A stretch of 64,000 bases of DNA from a bacterium (GCA_043824255.1 JBDRTG010000047.1:96001-160000), one strand, 5' to 3'; positions 1 to 10,305 are shown, counted from the stretch's first letter. The notes: generated by a model from the sequence alone, not told the origin. Made by a program: numbers and translations.

Positions 1-479
1 TCAATTGTTATAATATGGGCTCTTCTATTAGCACTCATATACTCAATCATTGCTGCAAGTGTGGTTGATTTCCCGCTACCGGCATTACCTGTAACAAGGA
101 TCAACCCACGTTTTTCCATTGATAGTTTTTGCATGATGTCGACAGGCAAATTTAACTCCTTAAAACCCAGAATCTCTGTTTTTAATGAACGGATCACAAT
201 ACCCGTATATCCTCTTTGACTAAATATATTAACTCTAAATCTTCCTAATTCAGGCACAGTATAACTAGTATCTATCTCATCCTTCTCAGCAATACTTGCC
301 CTTTTTTGACTTGCAAGAATGATATTGGCAGCTTCATCCATGTCTTTAGATGAAATAGACTCCTTTCCAACAGGCTGAAGTTCTCCATTAACTCTTATAT
401 ATGGAGCATTCCCTACCTTAAAATAAAGGTCAGAAGCTTTCTTATTCACCATAATCTTAAGAAACTTGTTAATGTCCAT
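1..479 (-). CDS. pilT: PilT/PilU-family pilus retraction ATPase (partial, runs off window start)
   Basis: Not in the ORF track. Manual translation from ATG at 479: MDINKFLKIMVNKKASDLYFKVG...GRFRVNIFSQRG...GLILVTGNAGSGKSTTLAAMIEY (ASDL motif, RFRVN, Walker A). Confidence 0.88.
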   Translation of the reverse strand, partial: MDINKFLKIMVNKKASDLYFKVGNAPYIRVNGELQPVGKESISSKDMDEAANIILASQKRASIAEKDEIDTSYTVPELGRFRVNIFSQRGYTGIVIRSLKTEILGFKELNLPVDIMQKLSMEKRGLILVTGNAGSGKSTTLAAMIEYMSANRRAHIITI

Positions 480-487
480 AGTTGTTT

Positions 488-513
488 CGGGTCGGATTTT
501 ATCCGACCCCTAC
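488..513 (-). repeat. GTAG-type REP-like hairpin overlapping the pilR stop
   Basis: Minus strand reads GTAG-GGGTCGGAT-AAA-ATCCGACCC, a perfect 9-bp stem preceded by GTAG. Confidence 0.55.
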
Positions 514-1866
514 ATTTATTCTATATTTTTTCAATTTATATTGCAGGTTTTGTCTGGAGACTTTCAACTTTTTCGCTGTTTGATACTGGTTCTCTGCGCA
601 TTCTTTGAACGCTTTGAGTATTATATTTCTTTCTGTTTGTTCAACAGTGTTTTTTAATCCTTCTACAATAAGATGCTCTTCGTCTGTTTCCTGCTCTCGC
701 AGTTTATCAGGAAGACTTTCTATGGAAACTGTATCTCCCTCTTCGAGAATAACAGCTCTTTCTATTACATTTTCCAGTTCTCTTATGTTTCCAGGCCAAT
801 TATATTTCATTAAGATCTGCACAACTTCTGGTAATATCTTTTTGCTTTTACTACCAGCTTTCCGGGCATATTTTTTTAAGAAGTGGTTTACTAGCAAAGG
901 AATATCATCTCTTCTTTCCCGTAGCGTAGGTAGTACTATTGGAATAACACTCAGCCTGTAAAACAAGTCTTCTCTAAATTTACCATCCTTTATCTGTTGT
1001 TCTAAATCTGTATTAGTAGCTGCTATTACCCTTACATCCACTTTAATACTTTTGTTTCCTCCAACCCGCTTTATTTCGTGTTCCTGCAAAACTCTCAGAA
1101 GCTTTGTCTGTATCTGTGGAGAAGCCACTCCAACTTCATCAAGAAAAATCGTTCCTCCGTCTGCTGCCTCAAATAATCCCTTTTTATGTTCTATAGCTCC
1201 TGTAAATGCTCCCTTTACATGTCCGAAGAGTTCAGACTCAAGCAATGTTTCAGTTAATGCTCCGCAATCAATTGATATAAAAGGCTCGTTTTTTCTAGGG
1301 CTGTTATAATGTATTGCCCTGGCAAAAAGCTCTTTCCCAGCGCCAGTTTCTCCATAGAGAAGAACCGTTGCATCTGTGTGCGAGATTTTTCTCACCTTAT
1401 CAAAAACATCTCTAATAGGAAGGCTGTTGCCTATTATATTTTTAAAACCATATTCAGACTTTAACTGTTTTCTTAGATTTATATTTTCATCAAGCAATTT
1501 CCTCTGCTGAAGAGCTTTTCCAATAACAACCCTGATCCTTTCTATCTTAAATGGCTTTGCAATATAATCAAAAGCGCCTAGTTTCATCGCTTCAATCGCT
1601 GTATCTACTGAAGCATACGCAGTAATCATCAGAACAACAGCGCTAGTGTCATAACTTCTTATAGATTTCAATACATCTATACCACTAACTTCCGGCATTT
1701 TTATATCAATGATTACAAGGTCAAAATGAGTATTTTTAAACATGTTTATGCCTTCTTGCCCCATGTCTGAAGTAGCAACACTAAAACCGTCTTTTGTAAG
1801 CATTATTGAAAGAAACTCAAGCATGCTCTTCTCATCGTCAATTATAAGTATTTTATTCTTAGGCAT
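499..1866 (-). CDS. pilR: Sigma54-dependent response regulator, NtrC/PilR type
   Basis: Receiver domain (DD..DIKMP), AAA+ GETGAGKE, ESELFGHVKGAFTGA, C-terminal Fis HTH; located in the pil locus. Confidence 0.88.
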   Translation of the reverse strand: MPKNKILIIDDEKSMLEFLSIMLTKDGFSVATSDMGQEGINMFKNTHFDLVIIDIKMPEVSGIDVLKSIRSYDTSAVVLMITAYASVDTAIEAMKLGAFDYIAKPFKIERIRVVIGKALQQRKLLDENINLRKQLKSEYGFKNIIGNSLPIRDVFDKVRKISHTDATVLLYGETGAGKELFARAIHYNSPRKNEPFISIDCGALTETLLESELFGHVKGAFTGAIEHKKGLFEAADGGTIFLDEVGVASPQIQTKLLRVLQEHEIKRVGGNKSIKVDVRVIAATNTDLEQQIKDGKFREDLFYRLSVIPIVLPTLRERRDDIPLLVNHFLKKYARKAGSKSKKILPEVVQILMKYNWPGNIRELENVIERAVILEEGDTVSIESLPDKLREQETDEEHLIVEGLKNTVEQTERNIILKAFKECAENQYQTAKKLKVSRQNLQYKLKKYRINVGVG

Positions 1867-3457
1867 TGTCGCTCTTCTCAGCGGCAGGAAGTTTAACTAT
1901 AAAACTACTCCCTTTCCCTTTTTTGCTAATAACCTCTATTTGTCCGTTATGAGCGTCTATTATTTCCCTGACAATACTTAACCCCAGACCTGTTCCCTTC
2001 TCACTTGTTGTTGAAAATGGGTCAAAAAGACTTTTCTTCTCATCAGCAGACAATCCTTTGCCAGTATCAGTAAATCTAACCTCTATCATTTCATCTCTCG
2101 TATCTGCCTCTATTACGAGAGTTCCACCTTCAGGCATTGCCTGGATTGCATTAAGACATAGATTCAAAAACATCTGTTCTATTTGTTCTGCATCTACAAG
2201 AGAAAATAGCTTATTGCTATTTACATTATATTCTATATTGATTTCCGGATTAACATCACTCCGACTTCTTAGCAAAACCAAAACATTTTTAATTATTGCA
2301 TGTATGTTGCATCTTTTTAACTTGGGCTTTGCTGGTTTTGACAGATTAAGAAAACCTGTAACTCTTTCATTGATCTTATCAGATTCACGGATAATTAGTT
2401 CCAGTAATTTTCTGCTGCTATGACTAATTTTATCATCTTCCTTCAGCATCTCAGCAGAACCTCTCAAGGAAGCGAGAGGATTCCTGACTTCGTGCGCTAT
2501 TTTTGCTGACATCTTTCCCATAAGAGCTAATCTGTCATTCTGGCTTAATTTGCGTTCTAGTTCTTTGATTGCGCCTAAATCTCTAAAAATAAATATTATC
2601 CCTTCAAGCTCTCCATCATCAGTTTTTAATGACGAAACGCTGAAACCGATTAACAGCAGATCGCCATTTTTTCTCTGAATGTTGGCTCCAAACTGTAAGA
2701 AAGAATGTCTCTCTAAATCAAAATTCTTCTTGATATAATTCTCTATCTTAATCCTGTTGTCAGGAAACAGCGCTTTCCAGGCAGTTCCCACAGCTTCTTC
2801 CCTTTGATATCCGAGGATGTCTGAGGCAGCTTGGTTAAAATATGATATCATTCCGTTGGAGTCAACGGTCATGAGCCCGCTAGCCATGTTTTGCAATATG
2901 TTGTCTGTAAAGTTCTGTAATTCTCTCAGCTGTTTGGTCCTGTGCTTAAGGGTTTTTGCCAGTGTCCCGCTTAGTATTGATACGAGGTAAAATATTATTG
3001 CCCGAAAACAGGTAACGTATATAACCACGCTTTTAGGCAAAAATTCAGGATTATACTGCAGAATAATAATTGCAAAATAAGTTATTACTGCAAACGAAGT
3101 TAACACTAATCCCTCTCCAAGAGGAATTAACAAACTGCCTGCAATTATAGAAATAACATATAAAAATGTAAAGATACTGTCTATTCCGCCGGAGTAGTAG
3201 ACCAATATACCAATCCATATCATATCTGCAATAATTTGAACACGTATTAGGGTATCTAAGTACGTCCTTTTTATTAAAAGAATGCTGTATGCTATGGTCA
3301 AAAGAAACATTACAGATATTAACCAGTAAAAGTGGATATTCTCTGCCCTGAACACAAAAGTTCCTATACCAAGCATAGCTGTTACTATGAGAAGTCTTGC
3401 GATCATTAATGCTTTAAGCCGGGAGACTTTTTCCTGAATGGATTCAGTGAGTTGCAT
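1859..3457 (-). CDS. pilS: Membrane PAS sensor histidine kinase, PilS type
   Basis: About 6 N-terminal TM helices, PAS domain, H-box AHEVRNPL, N/G boxes (NLCLNAIQA, DTGKG, GTGLGL); overlaps pilR. Confidence 0.85.
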   Translation of the reverse strand: MQLTESIQEKVSRLKALMIARLLIVTAMLGIGTFVFRAENIHFYWLISVMFLLTIAYSILLIKRTYLDTLIRVQIIADMIWIGILVYYSGGIDSIFTFLYVISIIAGSLLIPLGEGLVLTSFAVITYFAIIILQYNPEFLPKSVVIYVTCFRAIIFYLVSILSGTLAKTLKHRTKQLRELQNFTDNILQNMASGLMTVDSNGMISYFNQAASDILGYQREEAVGTAWKALFPDNRIKIENYIKKNFDLERHSFLQFGANIQRKNGDLLLIGFSVSSLKTDDGELEGIIFIFRDLGAIKELERKLSQNDRLALMGKMSAKIAHEVRNPLASLRGSAEMLKEDDKISHSSRKLLELIIRESDKINERVTGFLNLSKPAKPKLKRCNIHAIIKNVLVLLRSRSDVNPEINIEYNVNSNKLFSLVDAEQIEQMFLNLCLNAIQAMPEGGTLVIEADTRDEMIEVRFTDTGKGLSADEKKSLFDPFSTTSEKGTGLGLSIVREIIDAHNGQIEVISKKGKGSSFIVKLPAAEKSDNA

Positions 3458-3461
3458 CTTT

Positions 3462-4673
3462 TTAGAAACCCTCTGTTACCAGAGTACTCATCTTGAGTAT
3501 TGGCAGGAACATGGCAATAACAATACCACCTATTATTATGCCCAAAAAACAGATTAAAACAGGTTCTATCACTGAGGTTAATCCGTCTACTGCAGCATCA
3601 ACTTCGGATTCGTAAAAATCAGCGATCTTTGTCAACATATCCTCCAGAGCGCCTGTTGCTTCACCAACCGATATCATTCTGACAACCATTGTTGGGAAAA
3701 AGTTACTTTTACTAAGCGGCTCTGCAATGCTTTTCCCCTCTTTTACACCTATTCCAACACTGCTAAGAGTTTTCTCCAAAACCTTATTCCCTGAAGTAGC
3801 TCCCACTATTTCAAGCGCCTTAAGAATAGGAACACTGCTCTTTATCAGTGTACACAGCGTTCTTGCAAACTTTGCCAGAGCTACCTTTTTCATAAGGCTA
3901 CCAAAAATAATTATACGAAGTTTCAATCCGTCAAACTGAAGTCTTCCTTTTTCAGTCCGCACATATTTACGTAATAAGAAGAAAGCAACAGCTAAGATTC
4001 CTGCTACAATCAGAAAATAATCTTTGAGAATCTCGCTCGTTCCTATAAGTACTCTTGTCGGAAGAGGAAGAGTTCCGCCAAAAGCATCAAAAATATTTTT
4101 AAACGTTGGAACTACTTTCAATATTAAAACCATAACTATAAGGATAGACATACCCGTAACCACCGCTGGGTACACAAGAGCAGATTTTACCTTTCTGGCA
4201 AGTTTGGCGGAATTCTCAAGATATGTTGCAAGACGGTTAAGGATTTCATCCAATGTCCCGCTTTCTTCCCCTGCCCTTACCATGCTGACATAAAATTCCG
4301 AGAACACTTTTTGCTGTTTTAAGAGAGCCTGAGAAAAACTTTCCCCTCCCTCCACATCATCTTCCAGTTTTCTAACAAGTGTTTTTAAAGAAGGATTTTC
4401 CATTTGCTCAGCAAGTGTATCCAGCCCCTGAACCAGAGGCAATCCTGCATTAACCATTGTAGCCAACTGTCTGCTAAAGAGAATTAAATCATTGGACTTT
4501 ACTTTAGTGCTTTTCTTAAATATAGATGCTCTTTTTTTTTGTTCAGTTATAGAGACTATTGTTAATTGGTTAGCCCTGAGAGTGCTAACGAGATTTTTTT
4601 CGCTTTCAGCAGAATGAAGAGCTTCTATTCTCTTTCCATCTTTATCAATCGCAATATACTTATATGTCGGCAT
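3462..4673 (-). CDS. pilC: Type IV pilus platform protein PilC (GspF family)
   Basis: FSRQLATMVNAGLPL, AGEESGTL, SALVYP, VGEATGALEDML, AMFLPI. Confidence 0.95.
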   Translation of the reverse strand: MPTYKYIAIDKDGKRIEALHSAESEKNLVSTLRANQLTIVSITEQKKRASIFKKSTKVKSNDLILFSRQLATMVNAGLPLVQGLDTLAEQMENPSLKTLVRKLEDDVEGGESFSQALLKQQKVFSEFYVSMVRAGEESGTLDEILNRLATYLENSAKLARKVKSALVYPAVVTGMSILIVMVLILKVVPTFKNIFDAFGGTLPLPTRVLIGTSEILKDYFLIVAGILAVAFFLLRKYVRTEKGRLQFDGLKLRIIIFGSLMKKVALAKFARTLCTLIKSSVPILKALEIVGATSGNKVLEKTLSSVGIGVKEGKSIAEPLSKSNFFPTMVVRMISVGEATGALEDMLTKIADFYESEVDAAVDGLTSVIEPVLICFLGIIIGGIVIAMFLPILKMSTLVTEGF

Positions 4674-4730
4674 AAAAAACTCAAAGTGTAAAAATTAAAA
4701 CTCAAAACTACTTAATGACAGTTTTATTTA

Positions 4731-6437
4731 TTACTCAGACGTTACGCGCAAAACTTCTTCTATGGTAGTCGTGCCCTTTTTAATTAGATCTATACCGCTT
4801 TCCTGCAATGTTCTCATTCCGCCTTTTACAGCAGCTTCCTTAATCTCACCTGAAGTGGCCTTGTTCATAATTAGTTGCTTGATCTCATCATCTATCTTTA
4901 GTATTTCAACAACAGCAACTCTGCCTTTGTATCCAGTGTCATTACAAAGCTCGCAGCCCTTTCCTTTATATATTGTTAAATCTGATATTTTGGAAATTGG
5001 CTGTTGCAGAACATGGGCAAAATTCTCTTTTGCCTTTTCCTGCAGATCAATTTTTTCTTTGCAGTTTTCGCATATTTTTCGCATGAGTCTCTGCGCAGCC
5101 ACCATTATTACGGAAGATGAGAGAAGAAACGGCTCAATCCCCATATCTATCAACCTTGTAATTGCTCCGGGAGCATCATTGGTGTGCAAAGTGCTGAAGA
5201 CCAAATGACCTGTCAGAGCGGATTTTATCGCAATATCAGCAGTTTCAAAATCCCTTATCTCTCCAACCATTATAATATCAGGATCCTGCCTTAATATAGA
5301 TCGTAAGCCGCCGGCAAATGTCAGACCTATATCTGAGTGAGCTTGCACCTGATTGATTCCCTTTAGCTGATATTCTACAGGATCCTCAACTGTAATAATA
5401 TTCTTAGTTGGTGTATTTATTTTGCTTAACGCAGAATAAAGCGTTGTGGTTTTACCACTACCTGTCGGTCCGGTTAGAAGGATCATTCCATGCGGTCTGG
5501 AAATAGATTCTGTAAATATTTCCAGCTCTTTTTCTCCAAATCCTAATTTCTCCAGATTCAGTGTTAAACTGCTCTTATCCAGAATACGCAATACCACCTT
5601 TTCCCCAAAAATTATTGGCAGAATTGATACGCGAAAGTCTATTTCCTTATTATTCAATACAATCCTCATACGACCATCCTGCGGAAGCCTTCGCTCTGCT
5701 ATATCCAGATTGGACATAATCTTTATTCTGGAGATTAGCGCAGCCTGAAGTTTTTTAGGTGGAGACAACCTCTCGTAAAGAACACCGTCAATGCGATAGC
5801 GGATGCGCAATGCCTTATCCTCCGGTTCAATATGAATATCGCTTGCTTTCTCCTTAATTGCCTGAGCGAGAATAAAATTAACCATTTTTACAACTGGAGC
5901 TTCCTCAGTTTCCCTTAAGAGTTTTTCTAAATCTAGTTCTTCCCTTTTCTCAGCAGGTTCCTTAATATCAATGTCCCTTAAAATCTCTTTCATATCAAAA
6001 GATACTTCATAATACTGGTCAATAGCATTGAGAATATCCTTTTCTGTGGCTATTACAGGATCTATCTCGTATCCGGTAGTGCTTTTTAAATCGTCTGTAG
6101 CAAACACATTAAGAGGATCCAGCATGGCAATCGTAAGGGTTTTTCCTATCTTAGAGATTGGAATAATGGAATACTTTTTGGCAATTGTCTTCGGTATTGT
6201 TTCTATAACCTCTTTTGAAATTTTAAATTTTGAAAGATTTATCGGAGGGATATTTAGTTGCTCGCTTAAGCACGCCATAAGGGTCTTCTCAGTAGCAAAG
6301 CCTTTTTTATAAATAATCCGGCTTAAACTGCCCCCTTTTTCCCTTTGCTCTTGGAGTGCCTCTTTTAACTGTTCCTCTGTAATTATTCCTCCATCAAGCA
6401 GAATTCTTGACAGGGTGTCCTTTAAAGACATAATCAT
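4731..6437 (-). CDS. pilB: Type IV pilus assembly ATPase PilB
   Basis: ASDIHIEP, LDIAERRLPQDGR, GPTGSGKTTT, LRQDPDIIMVGEIRD, tetracysteine CENC/CELC; degenerate MshEN-like N-terminus. Confidence 0.95.
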   Translation of the reverse strand: MIMSLKDTLSRILLDGGIITEEQLKEALQEQREKGGSLSRIIYKKGFATEKTLMACLSEQLNIPPINLSKFKISKEVIETIPKTIAKKYSIIPISKIGKTLTIAMLDPLNVFATDDLKSTTGYEIDPVIATEKDILNAIDQYYEVSFDMKEILRDIDIKEPAEKREELDLEKLLRETEEAPVVKMVNFILAQAIKEKASDIHIEPEDKALRIRYRIDGVLYERLSPPKKLQAALISRIKIMSNLDIAERRLPQDGRMRIVLNNKEIDFRVSILPIIFGEKVVLRILDKSSLTLNLEKLGFGEKELEIFTESISRPHGMILLTGPTGSGKTTTLYSALSKINTPTKNIITVEDPVEYQLKGINQVQAHSDIGLTFAGGLRSILRQDPDIIMVGEIRDFETADIAIKSALTGHLVFSTLHTNDAPGAITRLIDMGIEPFLLSSSVIMVAAQRLMRKICENCKEKIDLQEKAKENFAHVLQQPISKISDLTIYKGKGCELCNDTGYKGRVAVVEILKIDDEIKQLIMNKATSGEIKEAAVKGGMRTLQESGIDLIKKGTTTIEEVLRVTSE

Positions 6438-6967
6438 AATTTTTCTTTATTTTCCTTTTCTCTCACTAACTGCTTAAAGTCAACATCTGTCATATATTCT
6501 TCTGTGGTTCTGGTGATTTTCTTACGCTTCCCTGGGCCAAAATAACGAGTAATAATATCTTCAATATCCTCTCCCCCACTGACAAAGATTCTCACACTGG
6601 AGTTAGTGGCAATCTTTACATCCTCAATTGCAGCATCGTTTAGCGGGTCAGCCATGGCTAATACTATGATATTATCCATTTTATCTATAGGAATTAGGTG
6701 ATAATGCCTTATGATTGATTCCGGAATTAACTTGAGTATATCCTGATCAATCTCATAGTTTTTCAAAGGGAGATATGGGAATCCAAACTGAGAAGTAAGG
6801 GCGTTAACCACCTGTTCCTCAGTCGCAGATCCCAGGCTGACTAAAATCTGACCCAGAAAACCACCCTTTAGCTCCTGAATTTTCAATGCTTCATCCAGTT
6901 GTCGTTCCGTAATAACATCTCTCTCTATAAGTATCTTTCCGAGTCGTTTTCTAATAGTTCTTGACAT
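6434..6967 (-). CDS. Stand-alone MshEN / GspE N-terminal domain protein (putative c-di-GMP receptor)
   Basis: RLGKILIERDVITERQLDEALKIQ + FLGQILVSLG..EEQVVNALTSQ, then the GSPII_E_N segment (LAMADPLN); no ATPase domain. Confidence 0.85.
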   Translation of the reverse strand: MSRTIRKRLGKILIERDVITERQLDEALKIQELKGGFLGQILVSLGSATEEQVVNALTSQFGFPYLPLKNYEIDQDILKLIPESIIRHYHLIPIDKMDNIIVLAMADPLNDAAIEDVKIATNSSVRIFVSGGEDIEDIITRYFGPGKRKKITRTTEEYMTDVDFKQLVREKENKEKL

Positions 6968-6971
6968 AGTA

Positions 6972-7895
6972 TTATCCCGGAAACATAATCACTTTGTTCC
7001 CTTTTCCTTTCTTAGCCTGTTCCATTGCGCGATATAATTTATTATTTAATTCTTCTGCAACGTCGCCATCAATGGGGTTGGCAACTATACCTGCGCTTAC
7101 AGTAATCTTTGTATCTTTTATTACACTTTTTGCATCTGGGATAGATTCATTGGCAACCGCTTTTCTTACTTTTTCAGCAAGAGCATAAGCTTCCTTTTTA
7201 TTGATCTCAGGGAGAATAATGCAGAATATGGTATCCTTGCAACGAGCTACCTTGTCAATATCTCTTGCATTCTCCTTCAGGATACCTGCAATCTTCTTTA
7301 TAACCTTATTCTTAATATTTCCGCCAAGTTTTTTCAAATATACATCCAGATTGTCAACATCAAACCCAATTATAGAACATGGACGCTCATACATAGCTGC
7401 CCGTTTCAACTCTTCGTTCAAATATTCTTCGTAATATTTCAAGTTATATAAGCCCGTTAATTTGTCTGTAATGGTTAAGGAATTGGTTTTTTCAAGCAAT
7501 CTATTGATTTCATAGCTGAGACCGCTTATTTTTGCCTCAGTTTGATAAAGATCAGACATATCCCCTCTAAGCTTTTTTGTAATTTTATCCAATGAGACGC
7601 TTAATTCGTCCATTCCCACTTCTTTTAATTCCGGATCATCTGCTATTTTAGCTTTTGCCATCATCTTCACTATATTTGTATTAATTTTTTTAATCAGAAA
7701 CATTAAGAACGCTATAACACCAAGCAGAATAGCTATGCTGACATAAAGCACAACCTGATCCCATGATAATGCGTATGTGCCTAAAAAAACAAATGCTCCT
7801 ATCAATATCAGCATAATAATTACAAGAGCAATGTTTATAAAAATATTACGATGGGCATGTGCCTTTGTTATCGACATATCTTCGCTTCTCTTCAT
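6972..7895 (-). CDS. Membrane-anchored degenerate GGDEF-domain protein
   Basis: Two TM helices, coiled coil, TDKLTGLYN, FDVDN, RDID (RxxD), KDTIF at the GGDEF position, ITVSAGI, AKKGKGN. Confidence 0.85.
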   Translation of the reverse strand: MKRSEDMSITKAHAHRNIFINIALVIIMLILIGAFVFLGTYALSWDQVVLYVSIAILLGVIAFLMFLIKKINTNIVKMMAKAKIADDPELKEVGMDELSVSLDKITKKLRGDMSDLYQTEAKISGLSYEINRLLEKTNSLTITDKLTGLYNLKYYEEYLNEELKRAAMYERPCSIIGFDVDNLDVYLKKLGGNIKNKVIKKIAGILKENARDIDKVARCKDTIFCIILPEINKKEAYALAEKVRKAVANESIPDAKSVIKDTKITVSAGIVANPIDGDVAEELNNKLYRAMEQAKKGKGNKVIMFPG

Positions 7896-7910
7896 AGTGA
7901 TAGCTCCTTA

Positions 7911-9308
7911 TTATCTTGATATTTTATCAATATTCAGATTTATATCAGTCCCTTTCCATATTTTTGTCGGTAGTTTTTTATCAGGATTTGTTTTTCCCCA
8001 GGTTTCATCCATTTGCTTAACCCTTGCTTTTTCCTCTTCAGTCAATTCAGTCTCCTCTGTTACAATAGTAGGAGTGATCAGAACAATTAATTCCATTCTT
8101 GTCTTAGTGGTGGTGTTCTTTTTGAAAAGATATCCAAGTAATGGAATATCTCCGAGTATGGGTACCTTATACACAGTAACGGTGTTATAATTTCGCCTGA
8201 GCCCGCCAACTATAACCATACGGCCATCCTTGGTCAATAGATTCGTCTCTAATGAGCGAGAGTCTATTATGGGTTCGGAACTATATTCACCTACTGAAAA
8301 ACTATGTTTTGGCTTAACAAGCATGGAGACAAACCCGTCACTTGTTATGTGGGGCTTTACAGTAAGATATGTTCCCACCTCTTTAAAGTCAATTGTTGTC
8401 ATCACTGTTCCATCGGGATTAGTTGTAATTTTTGTATATGGAATACTCTCTGTTATTTCTATATTCGCTTCCTGATTATCAAGAACTAAGAGCCTGGGTC
8501 GGGCAAGTATTTCCACATCTGCGTTATATCTTAACCATTGAAGAGTCGCTTCAATATCCCACAGACCGACACCGAAGCCGGTAATGGCATGCTGGAGACC
8601 TGTAGTCAGAGACTGCCCAAACATGCCCTCAGTCACTGCTGTTCCGAGTTTCGCTGTCCCAGTTTTTGTAAAATTCCAGTCAATACCGTACTTGGTCTGT
8701 CCTGTTATTTTTACATCTACAATAGCTGCTTCAATAAGAACCTGAGGAGTTTTAACATCCAGTCTCTGCGCAATTTCTGCTATTTGGTCAATATTCTCCT
8801 GAATATCAGTAACTATCAGGGTATTTGTGCGTGAATCGCTCTCAATTTTCCCTCTTGATGAAAGCATTTTTGTAACTGATTTCTGGAGCTTTTCAACGTC
8901 TGCAAAATTTAGAGAGAAAATTCTTGTTACTAACTCTGCCTCTGCCTTTGTAGTCTCCTTAATGGCAAGCTGTTCCCCCTTTATTTTTTTCATCTTCTCT
9001 GCAGTCATAACCTTTATCAAATTTCCCTCTCGCTCGTAAGCATACCCGCTGACATCAAGAATTGTCTGTAACGCTTGTTCCCAACCTACATTTTGAAGAA
9101 GAAGCGAAACTGTTCCTCTCACTTCTTCTCCGGCAACTATATTGACGTTACCCTTATGGGAAAGCATTCTTATAACATTGCGTATATCAGCGTCTTTAAG
9201 GTCTAATGTGATCTTTTCGCCTTCCAGCTGATTACCCGCATATGAGACAGAACTAAAAACCAGACCAACACACATTGCAAGTACTAGAAAAACATGTAAT
9301 TTCCTCAT
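7911..9308 (-). CDS. pilQ: Type IV pilus secretin PilQ
   Basis: Signal peptide, STN (ITLDLKDADIRNV), N domain (DSRTNTLIVTD), QVLIEAAIV, KVPILGDIPLLGYLFK. Confidence 0.92.
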   Translation of the reverse strand: MRKLHVFLVLAMCVGLVFSSVSYAGNQLEGEKITLDLKDADIRNVIRMLSHKGNVNIVAGEEVRGTVSLLLQNVGWEQALQTILDVSGYAYEREGNLIKVMTAEKMKKIKGEQLAIKETTKAEAELVTRIFSLNFADVEKLQKSVTKMLSSRGKIESDSRTNTLIVTDIQENIDQIAEIAQRLDVKTPQVLIEAAIVDVKITGQTKYGIDWNFTKTGTAKLGTAVTEGMFGQSLTTGLQHAITGFGVGLWDIEATLQWLRYNADVEILARPRLLVLDNQEANIEITESIPYTKITTNPDGTVMTTIDFKEVGTYLTVKPHITSDGFVSMLVKPKHSFSVGEYSSEPIIDSRSLETNLLTKDGRMVIVGGLRRNYNTVTVYKVPILGDIPLLGYLFKKNTTTKTRMELIVLITPTIVTEETELTEEEKARVKQMDETWGKTNPDKKLPTKIWKGTDINLNIDKISR

Positions 9309-9760
9309 AATTTATCTCCACTCATTTTTACACTATATTCCTTATTCATATATCTGATCACTATTTCTTCTCTGGTTATTGATACAATTTTGCAGTTGCT
9401 GATACTATCTCCTATCGCGACAATCTTATCGTTTATAATAGCAAGGGGCTTGATCTCATCAAACAGAACCCCCTCTATTTTCATCTCGGGCAATTTTGAA
9501 CTTATAAAACTCCAGCCAGTCGGGGCCATAACGGTCTTATTCTCTGATATAAGAGGGATAAATGGGTCTCTTCTTCCATGAGTGTTATACACAAAAACAG
9601 GTTCTCTATTCTTAGGTTCTGAGATTTTTTTTGTTGAAATATTAACCTTCTTTTGTGTTGATAAACTCGCATTATCCTGCGCAGGCTTTGAACAGCCGGA
9701 AGATAAGAGAAGGAACAAAGACACAGAGCAAAGAAAAACTCTAAACATTGTTTTGGTCAT
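9305..9760 (-). CDS. pilP: PilP-like lipoprotein
   Basis: Lipobox LLSSGC, RRDPFIPL motif, position between pilO and pilQ. Confidence 0.7.
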   Translation of the reverse strand: MTKTMFRVFLCSVSLFLLLSSGCSKPAQDNASLSTQKKVNISTKKISEPKNREPVFVYNTHGRRDPFIPLISENKTVMAPTGWSFISSKLPEMKIEGVLFDEIKPLAIINDKIVAIGDSISNCKIVSITREEIVIRYMNKEYSVKMSGDKL

Positions 9761-10305
9761 TTGAATTTTGTCTCCTGAAAAATGAATATATCCAGATAAA
9801 TATCTGCATTATGTTTTAACGCATCCTTTTTATCTGATGTAATATTTATATGATTTATCTTAACGAATCTTTCCAGATTCTCCAGTTTGTTCACGAATCT
9901 GGCTATCTGATGATAGCCACCCTTAATACCAAGCGCTATCGGGTATTCAGTATATATGCTGGTTTTACCTGATGTCTTTAACTTGCCTGGATCAATAGAC
10001 ATTAATTTAACTTTATGTTCATTAGCGATATCTGTCAGTGAGGATAGAAAGTCAGGGATTTTATCCTCTCCGGGCATGCGTTTCTGGTATTCTTTTATTA
10101 GTTTTTGCACTGTCTGAAATTCACGTTCTAACTGAGGTTTTTTAGAAACCATAATCCTTGCTTTTTGTATTTCAGCTTTTTTCTGTGTTATGTTTTTTCT
10201 CAAGAGAGAAATCCGTGCAATCTGAGGTGTTAACAAATAATAATAACCCAGAAGAATTCCCAGGGCTGCAATAACAAATAAGATAATTCGTTCATTCTTT
10301 TTCAT
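9757..10305 (-). CDS. pilO: Pilus alignment protein PilO
   Basis: N-terminal TM, coiled coil, MP..DKIPDFL, GGYHQIARFVNKLENLERFV. Confidence 0.88.
   Translation of the reverse strand: MKKNERIILFVIAALGILLGYYYLLTPQIARISLLRKNITQKKAEIQKARIMVSKKPQLEREFQTVQKLIKEYQKRMPGEDKIPDFLSSLTDIANEHKVKLMSIDPGKLKTSGKTSIYTEYPIALGIKGGYHQIARFVNKLENLERFVKINHINITSDKKDALKHNADIYLDIFIFQETKFK

Noticed and set aside
6972..7895. Active diguanylate cyclase
   Set aside because: GGDEF is replaced by KDTIF and the substrate-binding residues are missing.
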